This document shows, in pieces, positions 15,815-27,900 of a stretch of DNA of 64,000 nt. The DNA lies in the NCBI RefSeq assembly GCF_009914755.1, contig NC_060931.1; one strand, written 5' to 3'. The translations under genes and the position numbers were made by a program. The notes beneath the pieces are model-generated. The model worked only from the letters and a program-made list of their open reading frames with translations, did not search any database and was not told the origin of the DNA. Within the stretch, counting starts at the first letter, position 1. Each line of letters begins with the position of its first letter. Origin of the DNA: the human T2T-CHM13v2.0 reference genome, Homo sapiens.

Positions 15815-16209
15815 AGTCAATACTCCTCTCATTTTAGCACACAATAGGATTATATTTCCCTCATTCGCCTTGAAGTTAGGCATAGTTATACAACTTACAT
15901 TAACAATGAAACGTGAGAAATGACATAAATCACTCTTAGATGGGAGAATTTACTTGCTGATGCTTAAAATCGACAGATAGATTCTCCAAGTATTTTCTTC
16001 CTCTGGCACATGAAGATTGTGGAACCAGGTCTTCATATGGTGATGCAATATTGTGACATTTCATGAAGGACAAATTGCCCTGTAGAGTTACCCAAAACTG
16101 TAGCTAAATTTCCATGAGGAAGAAGTAAATAAAGCTTTGTTCTTTAAGCTCCTGAATGTCTGGGCTGTCCATTACTGAAGCACAACCTAGTCTATCCTTA
16201 TTAATTACA
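15815..16209 (+). mobile_element. MLT1-family (ERVL-MaLR) solo LTR, old
   Basis: ccttgaagttaggcat...aataaagctttgttctttaagc...ttactgaagcacaacctagtctatcct..aattaca, matching the MLT1I/J-type 3' end. Confidence 0.65.
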
Positions 16210-16630
16210 AGGAGTTATCCAGCCTTCAGTATTGTTTAATGGTGGCATTCTGATTAAGATAAGTGAAAGTATAGGTTGGAGCATTTATTTCATAAATCCA
16301 GATCTACTTTTCGCATGGACTTGTCCTGTATGTTATTTCCCTAGAAAATCATATAATTTCTTGTTTAAACACTTCATATATCATTTCTCAAATGTGGCAC
16401 TTTCCTTTAAAGTTATCACAATCAGTGTCTGATCCACAGAAATTTAAGAACATTTATGACACAAAGCACTAATTCTTGAAGAATAATGGAAAGACTGACT
16501 TTTGTGTAGAATTACAAAGGATTATCTAAGTGGCAGAGAAACACATTTTAAAACTTCCTGCAGATGCTGTTCCTAAATCATTAAAAATAGTTCAGAATTA
16601 GGAAAGATTTATTTTGAGTAAGAGAAAATG

Positions 16631-16752
16631 TGTTTCAGTGTCCAACAAATAATAGGTACTAAGTAGGCTTTGAAGTACAAATTTCTCATAAAACATGTTT
16701 CAGTGTCCACTAATAGGTACTAAATAGGCTTTGAAGTATAAATTTCACATAA
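16631..16752. repeat. Diverged tandem duplication, about 60-65 bp x2
   Basis: tgtttcagtgtcca...taataggtactaa(g/a)taggctttgaagta(c/t)aaatttc(t/a)cataa starting at 16631 and 16696. Confidence 0.92.
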
Positions 16753-16842
16753 TTATACCAGCTTTTATAAATGTTATTAACAGAGGTAAATAGCAGCAGA
16801 GACAAATAGCATTGACAGAGTTTCTTTTATGGCTTCCATGTT

Positions 16843-17031
16843 TTACAATAATGTATTATATATTTCAAAATAGCTGGAAGAGAGGATTCTCTATGCCCTT
16901 GCTAAAAGAAATGATAAATGTCTGAGGTGATAGATATGCTAATTATCTTGATTTGATTATTACACAATTTATCCATATATTGATACATCACACTGCACCC
17001 TATATATACAATTATTACACGTCAATTAAAA
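16843..17031 (+). mobile_element. L1MA 3'-terminal fragment
   Basis: aataatgtattatatatttcaaaatagctggaagagagga...gaggtgatagatatgctaatta..gatttgattattacac...gtcaattaaaa. Confidence 0.8.
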
Positions 17032-18755
17032 CAGAACTATATTGTTTTGAATTAATGCCCTTATGATTTACTATATAAACATCTATAACTTTCCAGCATG
17101 ACTTGCTTATAATGCAACCACTAAACTTAATTAAAAATTATTGAAGCCCTACCCTTTCAAACTCAGTGGATGATACATATCAAAGAGCAATCACAAATTT
17201 CTGCCTTTAAAACATTTCATGACCTTTCCGTGTGAAGCATCATGTCTACAGGAATAATGATCTGGTGAGTTCTGCAAGCATGGCAAAATCCTTGCCATGT
17301 GACTCGGGGTGGGGTGAAAAGTCATTCATTAGTAGTCACACAGCAAGTGTCTGCAGAGTATAATGAATTTACAGGAAGCAGGGTGACCACAGATCTAATT
17401 TTAATGAAGCCCAAGGCAAAATCTGAGCTGATAGAGTTTAAAGCCTTCATACAATCTTCACGAGGTTAGAGTCATTGTTTGACAACACAAGAAATATAAT
17501 TTTCTTTGTAAAAGGTTGTATTTTTCAATAGATACACTTTTTTTTTGGAGCAAAGAGTTAAATATATATTAAGGTGGTAGGAAAAAGTTTTTGAACACTA
17601 TAAAGAAAATTCTAAAATTTCACACAGGTTGGCTTTTCTGTGTGTAAAATGTTTTACGCATGTAACACTCATGTGCAAAGGCCAAGGTAATTATAGGTGT
17701 GCACAGTTGTTACACACACAGATAGCAAATTTGACTAGGAACACTATGTTTCTATCACTAAAATACTTCATGAACAGAAAAATAGAAAAAGTATAGGCAA
17801 CACAAAACTCCCCCCAAATCGATAATTTGGGGAAAACATAAAATGTTATGCTTATTACAAATAGAAATAATTATTTATCAGTGCTAAATGTGAACAAAGA
17901 GTCATTTAGCTTGATAATGTTTAAATAACATACACTTATATTCTTGAGAAAGAACATGCCTTAATATGAACAAACTTGATTTACTTTTATGCTTTTCTCA
18001 CTCTTGTGTTATTTTTCAGAAAGACAAGATTAAGTATGACATTATATTACCCAGTCACACAGAAGCCAAATTAGCATTTGGATATCATCTTGAGAGACAA
18101 TTACCAAGAGCCTTGTATTTCTTGGCAATAAAGCTTGCAAGTGAGGTCTGAATATGTGACAAACATGCTTTATTCACCCTATAGGGTGAAGAGATTTAGG
18201 AGCAACATATTTTAAAAATGAACAAAATTTACATATGAGATTTCTGGACCTCGGAGCCTATGTTCAAGAAACTCAAAGAAACTGAAAATTGCAATTTTTG
18301 GTCGAACAGTAGCTATTCTTGTGATTTTAAATAAACTTTATGATTGGATATATATACTTATTTATGAGAAGGTAGAATATGATTTTCAAAAGATAAAACT
18401 GACTTCTGAAATTCAGAAAAAAACAATGAAACATCTGAAATTTTGGGAGCCATTTTCAGACCTTCTTAAAGGCCTAACACTTTGGTTTACAAAGAACTCT
18501 AATGACTGGAAGGGTGGGAAAAAGCAAAATGAGTTCACTTTTAAAAAGTCTTTCTCCTTTGTTAGAGATCCATTTTCAAGATTAATTTTGGGGGACAGAA
18601 TCAAATTGCTCAACACATCAACAGATATTAAATCTTGGATGGCTGAATTTCTGGTTGTTGACTTTCATAGAATATCATCTTTTCCAGGCTACACAAAAAA
18701 GATGCACACTAACTTTTGAAACGAACCTAGATGGCGTCTGAAGCTGGCGACTCAC

Positions 18756-18950
18756 CTTCTTCACCCGCATAGGCCAGAATGGATCGTGCTCGTATCTGTT
18801 TCCCTTCTGTCGTTTTCCCTGAGCAGGTGTGTGAGCAGGAGGACCACGTAGACCATGTGCTGAGCACACAGTCTTTCGGGCATGGGGCATCACAGGCCAC
18901 AGGGATGGGGAAGATGGCATCTCTGCACAGCTGTCTGTCAACTTCTTCTC
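18756..18950 (-). CDS. THSD7A: THSD7A coding exon (probably exon 7), 195 nt, phase 1-1: (G)EEVDRQLCRDAIFPIPVACDAPCPKDCVLSTWSTWSSCSHTCSGKTTEGKQIRARSILAYAGEE(G)
   Basis: Acceptor ttttccccag|GA at 18952-18951 and donor GAAG|gtgagt at 18755-18750. TSP1 motif WSTWSSC..CSHTCSG..R.R. Peptide recognised as THSD7A. Joins the next exon in frame. Confidence 0.96.
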
Positions 18951-20210
18951 CTGGGGAAAACATGACCACCAACAGCTATTATTGTTAAATTAATGTAAAA
19001 TGAGCAATTTAAACCAGATGGGCACCCAGATAAGTTACATTATCTTTCTTTTGCTCTTACTTAAAAAAACGTAGCCAAAAGAGGGATTGCCTACTATAGC
19101 CAGATGTTAATAGAACACCAGGAACAAGCATATATACACACATATACACTCATGACCCTAAATGAGGCTTCTTTCATTATCAGGGTATATCAAGCACATT
19201 GCTGAGACGATTCTTATGCCACAGACACCTGCCCATTAAGTACTAATTTTTATACTTGTACTCTTAAGTTGTAATAAGGAGCATCAACAAAGCATGTCCC
19301 CTCTTTCTTTTTTGGAGATGAGCTATGATTTACAAATAATGACTCTATCCATAGCATCTATCATATGTTTTCATGAACCAACTAATAGGTGTCTATTTAC
19401 AAACTCTCTTGTGTCTCTCAGAGTAGTTATTTTCATACAATTGGCAACCTTCTTCTTTCGTAAAAAATTGTTTGTTAGTTGGAAATAGACAGGAAATGTA
19501 AATGATGGGATAACATTATAAAGTCACTGCTTAAGGTGATCCCAGTTGGAGAGGGAGGGAAACAATAGAAAACAAACAAATGGCAGAAGTAATGTGATGT
19601 CACTCCAGTGCTTAATATTTTTCATTAGTTCCCTGTTGCTCTTAAGATAAAGGGCAGATTTTTCAAGTTTACAAGACCTCGACCTCAAATGACCTCGCTG
19701 TGTTTCTCTTCCTAGCCTCATCTCACTTCACTCCCTCATTTTGCCCTTGACACTCTAGAGATTGGCCCAAAAATGGACACTTATTTAATATTTGCTGAAT
19801 GCGTGAAATGAGATATATAAAAGGCCAATGAGAAACAAAACATTGTTGCTGTTAATAAATGCCAAAAACAACCAACAGAATAACCAAAACAGGGTAGGAG
19901 AAAAAGTCTGAACTCTATGGTTTAGTTGATTAATATAGGTGGTTAACGAGGTCAAGGGAACAGAACAGAATGAAATCATACACAATCAAACAAAAATTAA
20001 CCTGCTATTTTGGCACAGAATATAATCATAATTCTGGGTGAATATATAAAAAGTGTGTGCCTCGCATTAGGCATTCAGGTGAGAAAGGGTGACTCACCTT
20101 GCCATTCCTTACAGAGGCTACTGAACAAAATAGTCCAAGCTGTTTCTCACTTGGGGAGTTAGGAGCATCATTTTAATGTACACTCCTTTATTCATATGCT
20201 TTAAAAACAA

Positions 20211-20360
20211 GACAGAAAATCAGAGTAAATTGCAAATGCTCTAATATGTTAATAGCTACTAGCTTGCAGAGCCTTTAATCATGAGACAAAAATCAGAAGT
20301 CAATTGGAATGCACCTACGTGTTAATAGCCATTACATTGCAAGGCCTTAAATCATTAGAC
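20211..20360. repeat. Ancient ~73-bp tandem duplication
   Basis: 20247-20287 and 20320-20360 match 33/41 without gaps. The upstream parts gacagaaaatcagagtaaattgcaaatgc and gacaaaaatcagaagtcaattggaatgc also align. Confidence 0.85.
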
Positions 20361-21469
20361 TTACTCACTAGTAAGTAAAGAAGGCTCATTAAAATTGCAA
20401 TTGAGTAAATATTTTATTATTCATTCTTATTTAGCTACTCTAATCTGTGGGAGCTCTCAAATTTTGTTTTTATTGGTGTTGGGTTTTGGCATGTATCCCA
20501 ATTAAAAAAATGTACTAAACAGATAGTAGATATATAGGTACATAGGTAGAGTATGAAAATCATTATTGTATAAGGCATTTAATATTTTACACTTGACATA
20601 ATAATGATGACTCTTTTTTCTACTAGGCTTTTTCTTAGTGCAAGGGGTGCTCTCTTATATCTTATTTTCTTCACTGCTGTCTTTTATTGTACCATCTACC
20701 TTCTCTCACTTTTGTTTCCAATATTCTGTGGAAAGCAAGAAAAGTTTGGGGCTAAAGTCTATAGCTAACAAACGTCATATTTTTATTTATCCTCTAATAG
20801 TTACCTAATCTTTTCTATTCAGAAAAATATTTATTCTGTGGCAATGCAGACTTTGCTACAAGGGTGCCATTAGATTAGCTTGCCTAGCGTAAGTAATGCA
20901 TTTTTGTTTGTTGTCATGTAAACCAAAGAAATGTGCAATTTTGACCTTTCTTCTAAGTTATGCTTTTTTCCGCACTCCCCCCGCCCCCCATCCGCCCAGT
21001 TTGTGTCCCATATCTTATTTTAGCTCTTTTTCAATCATCTTGTTCTGCTTGGCCAGGTGTACTTTCCTGTAGGATCACTCCTTCTACCACCCTTAATCCT
21101 CTGTGGAGCTATTAAGACCCATCTAAGATCCAACATCTGAGATTTCCCTGATGGTTTTAGAATGATTTCTGTACCATCCCCAACCCTTCCAGGTATGATC
21201 TTGTCCCTTTTTACTGTTCTGATCACTGTCTCACATTTAGGTTGAAGCTTTATGTTCTGGCCATAATGACTTTTTTCCCTTTCCTCCTGCAAACGAAGCC
21301 CATTGTTGTCTCAGCAGTTTTGCACTTTCTCTTCACTTTGTATGAAAATTTCAGGTCTTACACAGAATCCTGTTTTTCAACATTCAGGTTTCAGTTCAAT
21401 TTTCTCCTTCCTAGAGGAGATTTCATTGACCATACACACTCTCCCAGTCACTTCAGTTTATTTTCATTA

Positions 21470-21652
21470 TACTTTTAATCACCACTAGAAACTATTTTAA
21501 TTAATTGGTTAATATGTTTATTGTCTGACTATCACTAGACTAAATGAGGGTGTTATCCGTATCTGTCTTGGTTGCTACTTCATACTTAGAACCTAGAATA
21601 GTGCCCGACACGTAGGAAGCACTAAATCATTTTTTGTTAAATAAATACATAA
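21470..21652 (+). mobile_element. L2 3' end relic
   Basis: cactagactaaatgaggg..tctgtcttggtt..agaacctagaatagtgcccgacacgtagga..tttgttaaataaat. Confidence 0.7.
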
Positions 21653-21739
21653 ATTTTAAGTTGTGCTAGGAAATAGAATGTTGGTCTAGACAAATAGAGA
21701 TCTAAGCACAGTATTTCTTGTCATGCATTCGAGTGCTCT

Positions 21740-22219
<480 letters not shown>

Positions 22220-22389
22220 CTCTAGAATTTTTCTCCATTTATTGTCTTCTGGTTTGATTAGAACCAGATTGTCTCTTGACAGGCAGGTATGTAAAACAAA
22301 TTCATCTGGACTTCATACCTAATAGCATTTGCTTCTCTGTGGAGATTCTCCTTATACTTCTCTTCACACAGAGTATCCATGGCTGAAAA

Positions 22390-22620
22390 CATTTATTCAA
22401 TGAATAGTTGCTGAATGCCCATCTTCTGTCAGGCACTATGCTAAGAATGTATGAATGTTGTATACATCACCTCAGCTAATTCTCACAATAACCTTTTGAC
22501 ATCAGTATTACTATCTATTTTTTACTTTAAAAGAAATTGAGACTCAAAAAGGTTAAGTTATCTTTCTCAAATAGCAAAAGTTTGACTAAAGGAACAGAGA
22601 ATTGAAATGAGTTTTCACCA
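22390..22620 (-). mobile_element. L2 tail plus MIR relic
   Basis: taattctcacaataacctttt..gtattactatctatttt..gaaattgagactcaaaaaggttaagttatctt (reverse MIR core). Confidence 0.65.
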
Positions 22621-24500
22621 ATACCCCAATCTGCTTTTGAACTAGATTGGGGTTCTTCTTGGTGGAGAACTGAGGATGCCAAGGCAGTAAATAATAGATA
22701 AGGCTTTGCCTCCAAAGAAGTCAAGAAACAGGCACTCTCAAGTTGTTTGTCAACACAGTGATGCATGTTGCCAGCCACACAGTGCTTCAAATACAAAGAC
22801 ATGCATTGTTGATGAGTCCAGTGGGACATGTTTTGGCTCATAGCCATTGAACAAACAGCAACTGATCTATGAGAATATGGAATAATTAAATTTTTGATTT
22901 TGCTTTCAATGAATGCTTTAATCAACTCAGCTAATTGGAACCCTTAGGAGCTGTCTTCTTTTTAAGCTAAATCTTCAGCATTCCAGGCATAAGTCATCTG
23001 GGAAACCATAGGCAAATAAAATCAAATAAAAAGTTGGGTCAATGGCTATTACAGGCAACTTCATAACTTGTCAATTCCAGCCACTTTTTGAGGCTATTAA
23101 TTTTATCTTACTTATAAGGTTAATTGAATCTTACTTATAAGAACTTACTCTACTCTTAAGGTCTTACAAGAGTAGCAGAAAATAATTTCATCCCTCTTCC
23201 TCACATTAAATTTTGTTTTGGATTGATACACTTTATTTTGATTGGATAAGAACTGTTTTGCATAACATTACTTCAGAGTATATATAGGAGTACATTAAAC
23301 ACGCACATATCTAAATATCAGGTTAATTTATACTCCTCTATTTGGAGAAATGGAAGTTTTGCTGCCTAGCACTATGGGAATTCCACTTTTTCATATCAGC
23401 AGCCCCACAGTTAGGACATATTCATCCACCAGATGTCCCCACTATAGAACTATTTGAGACTTTGATTATCCAAGTGTGCATCCCATTAAATCTGGACAGA
23501 CACATCTGATTATCACTACTGTGATTTGTGTAGTTCTATCACTGGTGTAGGTATGAACCAACGCAACTTGTTTTTCTTCTTTAGTCTCTCTGAGGACAAT
23601 TTCTTAGCTAGATTTTGACTGTGATGTCACAAACATTTAGAATCCTCCTTATGCTTCTCTTCGTGTATTCATATTAAATATACTATCTTTTTTGGCATAC
23701 ATTTACAAACATAAATGGTTTCAAAGGATTGCTTTGCATTTATATAACTTTGTTTTTCTCACCCACAAAGGTCTAGGCATTATAAACAAACCTGCCAAAA
23801 TACAGAACATTTATAAAACAGACTAAATGAACCATTGTCTACATTTTACAATTTACACCTTACTTTGAGGCCTTAACTGAAGCATATACTATTTAAACTT
23901 ATTTGGAATACCCTACGAAAGAGGTTGAGATATAAAATGAAAATGCTTTGGTTTATTTTTGTAAACTCAAAATGAGATTTAAATGTTTATATTTGTATTC
24001 CTCCATTTATCTTTCTTCAAAAATGTAATTTTAAGAAAATGTTTTCATAATCCACTATTCTAATAAACTTAAACATGTATTTTGACATTTTAAAGTCACC
24101 CCTAAACGTTCCCTTGTTTGGTCTATTTTCATGAATGCCACCACACTCTCATGAGCTCTCCTAAACTATTCCTTTTTATTCGACTGTATCTCTTATTATC
24201 AGGATAAGAGACTAAAACATCTGCTCAAGATAATTACTATAAAAATTCATGAAGACTACCATAGAAACACAAAATGAGAACTGAGATCAGTGGATAGTCT
24301 TTTTCCTTGGTAAAAGTATATACTGAAAGTTTATTGCATTTATCGTGTTAGAGCCTAAATAAAACATAAAAGATAAACCATGGTTTATCAAGGTTTTTAT
24401 AGTTTCAATGTTTCTTTGGTTTAGCAATTGAGCAAGAATGCAAAAATTAATACATTAAACATACAATCAATTGTATTTTAATGCAAAATATACACATATT

Positions 24501-24858
24501 TGTATTAGTCCATTTTCATGCTGCTAATCAAGATATACCCAAGACTGGGTAATTTATAAAGAAAAAGAGGTTTAATGGACTTACAGTTCCACATGGCTGG
24601 AAAGGCCTCACAATCATGGTAGAAGACAGAGAAGAAGGAAAGGCATGCCTTACATGGTGGCAGGCAAGAGAGCTTGTGCAGGGGAACTCCCATTGAAAAA
24701 AACTACCAGATCTCATGAGAATTATTCACTACCATGAGAACATCATGGGGGAGACCGACACCATTATTTAATTATCTCCACCTGGCCCCACCCTTGACAC
24801 GTGGGGATTATTACAATTCAAGGTGAGATTTGGGTGGGGACACAGCAAAACTATGTCA
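24501..24858 (-). mobile_element. THE1 (THE1B/C-type) MaLR solo LTR
   Basis: Reverse of the THE1 consensus (tgtattagtcc...gagatttgggtggggacacagc..tca). 5-bp TSD atatt/atgtt. Confidence 0.93.
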
Positions 24859-25649
24859 ATGTTCTGCCTATTCTCTAAACGCCTCTTGAGTTATCCTGAT
24901 TTTTTTTTAAATCATAGAAATGTGCAACTTTTATGGTTGATTTTAACAGTCACAACAGTGCTATGTGCAAAGCACCTCCCCTGTAAAATTGCAACTCACA
25001 ACATAATGGAATTGTAAGCAGAAAGGAGAAATTGAAGCAGAGAGGGACCAGACACAGAGCCAAGATTAAAAAGCACATTATTTAGAGAGATCCCAGGATT
25101 GTAATTTTGAGATTAGATTTCTCTTGCCAGATCTATACAAAATCCGGAGTAACTCCGATAATTATTACTGAGTTTTTGATATGTTTTGTGTTCTTCAGAA
25201 ATTATCTTAAAAATTCACATTGACTTTTGAGAGTGATAGTCTTTATATATTTATTTATTGATAACCAATAAAAGTTTACAAAAGAATTAAAGAGGGAAAA
25301 AATGGAGTCTCATATTTGCATGGACCTTTCTAGAAAACATTTTCATATAACCATCTTATCTGAACTCTCTAACAACCATAAGGTATGTAGGTCCAGAATC
25401 ACCCTCAGCTTACTGAAGAAGACCCATGAACTGAGACTTATGCCTCATTCTTCACTCCCCTTCTCAAAATGAAGCTACATATTGCTTCATTTTAAATAGA
25501 AAGTTTCCAAGTCAATTTTAATCCCTGCATTATTTTTGCTACCATATCCAGGTAGTGAGCCTGATTTTACAAATCTCGAATCCATTTTCTCTTCCAAATC
25601 TTTGCACACTTTCCCCTGGGATTCTGTTGTATCTCATTTCCCTTGTATC

Positions 25650-26160
25650 CCAAGGGTCTGTTTCTAAAATCTAAGTCTGAATACTATAGTCTCTCCAATA
25701 TATATTAGCTGAAAACCAACTTCCTCACTAGAACAAAGAAAATAGAAATCTTCTGTCATTGCCTCACGTTTTCTCTACATTCTATCCACAGAAAGCTTTC
25801 ATTTTTCCATGAACTGACATGCTGCTTTTTCACTCCTCTGCCATTTTGCAAACACTGTTCTTCATGCCTGGTGTCCCCATCTCTCGCTGTCTTCCTTTAG
25901 GACTCGGTTTTCTTCCTCTGTGAACATTATTTGACTTTCTCAAATGCCCCAGATGGAGTTGTGCTCTGCCCTGTCTGCTCCCATAGCATTGCAGACATGT
26001 CACTTTTAAAACTTTTTCTCATTCCCTGTTCACTCACCTTTACTTCCATTAGCCTATGAGAACCTTCTGGCCAGAGAGTTTGTCTTATTCAGTATCTTTT
26101 AGTCCTTGGTGTAGTCACTGTTATTTTAGAGTTTCACAGTAAATATTTGTTGGATGAGGG
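25650..26160 (+). mobile_element. L2 relic
   Basis: Pyrimidine-rich L2 3' region ending cagtaaatatttgttggatga. Confidence 0.55.
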
Positions 26161-26244
26161 GAAAAAGTGAACCTAAAATGCCAGAACCTATATTGCTTTT
26201 CTGCAAAAGAAAAAAGCACTGGTGTTTATACATTTCTAATTGTT

Positions 26245-26806
26245 GGCTTACTAGAACCTAACCAAGAAGGCCTTGAAATTCACTTCAGCTTGATTAAGCA
26301 TTAGGCAGATTTCTTCCTGGCTATAGGCCCCTGACCTCTTTTTTCTTAAAGGACTTATTTTAGGAAACTTGCAATTGTAATTCTTTCTCTGCCCCTTTGT
26401 AATGTATGTAAATCTTCTCCCAGCCTCTTGCCAGTTTTGCAAACCAGGAATTATCTTTCTCAAGGAAATAGGAACTGGGTCTTTGAAATTTTAACATTGA
26501 GGGAAATAGTGCTCTGAGCTCCCAGTCTCTGTAGGAGGGCAGGTACCTAACTTCTATAGGCATTAATTGGCAAACACAGATGGACTAATCATAGAGAAAA
26601 GCATTTGCAAACTCAGGAATAACCCAATGTGCTTGGCATATCCCACTGTTCACCCCACCCCCTAACGTCCTCTAGCACTTTTTCCACTAGGTCACTCCAG
26701 TATTTAAAAATATTACTGCAAGAGTTGAGTTCAATCTTCTCCTGTTTTAATAATCTCAAATACACTTTTCTTTGCTAGTTTAGCTTTGTCTGGTACAACT
26801 TTAACA
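26245..26806 (+). mobile_element. ERV1 solo LTR, MER67-like
   Basis: ttcttcctggctataggcccctgacctc..gaaacttgcaattgtaattctttctctgcccctttg..tcccagtctctgtaggaggg..gcaaacacagatggactaatca...ttaaca. Confidence 0.7.
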
Positions 26807-27734
26807 AACCCTTGATATTCAATTTATAATGATATATTATCTTTAGGTTTCTCTTTTTTCCCCCACATATATATTTACCTATTGATTTTTAAATATCTTT
26901 AAGAAACCTGGGAGTCTTCACAGTATGATACAATTATTTTCAGGGATTTCATTTTCAAAACCCTTTTTATTCACAATAAGTTTGCCTATGTTTCCACTAT
27001 GCTCTCTTCCCTGTCACTTTTTAAAATCTCAAGTTTCTGTTCATATATTTATGTTCATATTTTTCCTTCATGACCCTAGCAAAATGAATAGGTGATGCTG
27101 GGGTAAAAGGCTGTCTTCCTTCTTCTGATAGCACCCACTTTCCAGCCCAGGCTTTGTTGTAATCAATAATATCACATTTGACTTCATTCCGGAGATAGAA
27201 CCCATTTTAACAAAGTGCAGTAAATAACATGACCTTTAAATACATGATGAAAATTTAGGGCTAAATCCAATCATAACTTTGCATTTTCTTATTTCATTGA
27301 ATTTAACCCACCCATGATATAAGTTGCCCACTTAGTAAGCAGGGCATTAGGCAAACAAATTTTATTAAAACATCTATGACTTCCCTTCCTAATAACTCTG
27401 GTTAAGGATTTCACTTGAGGTTAGACAGACAAAAAGGGTATGTGTGTACTCTGTAAGCTTTGACATGAGACTCATGACTTCTGCTCCTGTTTAATGCCAA
27501 CTATCATGGTACATGTGCATGTTCTCTGAGTGTACAGTATGGGTATAATCAAATGCACATGTATTTTGAATAAAGGTGTGAAAAATGTTTTATTCCTTTT
27601 TTCCCCAGTTATTCATTTTATATCTTCATTCTTGAATAGTTCTTTCTTGTGATTTCATTCCTCTCAGTTGTTTTTAAGCTTGAAATGACCTAAAATGTTA
27701 ATTTTCATGTGCTCCACATTTAGTTTTTTAGTAA

Positions 27735-27900
27735 CTAGTTCAAATTCTGGCTTCCCACTTACCACTAATGTGCCCTTGAGCAGATAATTTAACTATTCTA
27801 AAACTTACTTAATCTTAATGGAAGCTAATAATAGTACTTATGGTATTCCCATTCATATTAACTGAGAAAAATTTTTATTGGCACATAAAGTTTGTTCAAT
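27735..27900 (+). mobile_element. MIR relic
   Basis: gttcaaattctggcttcccactttaccactaatgtgcccttgagcagataatttaac. Confidence 0.6.
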
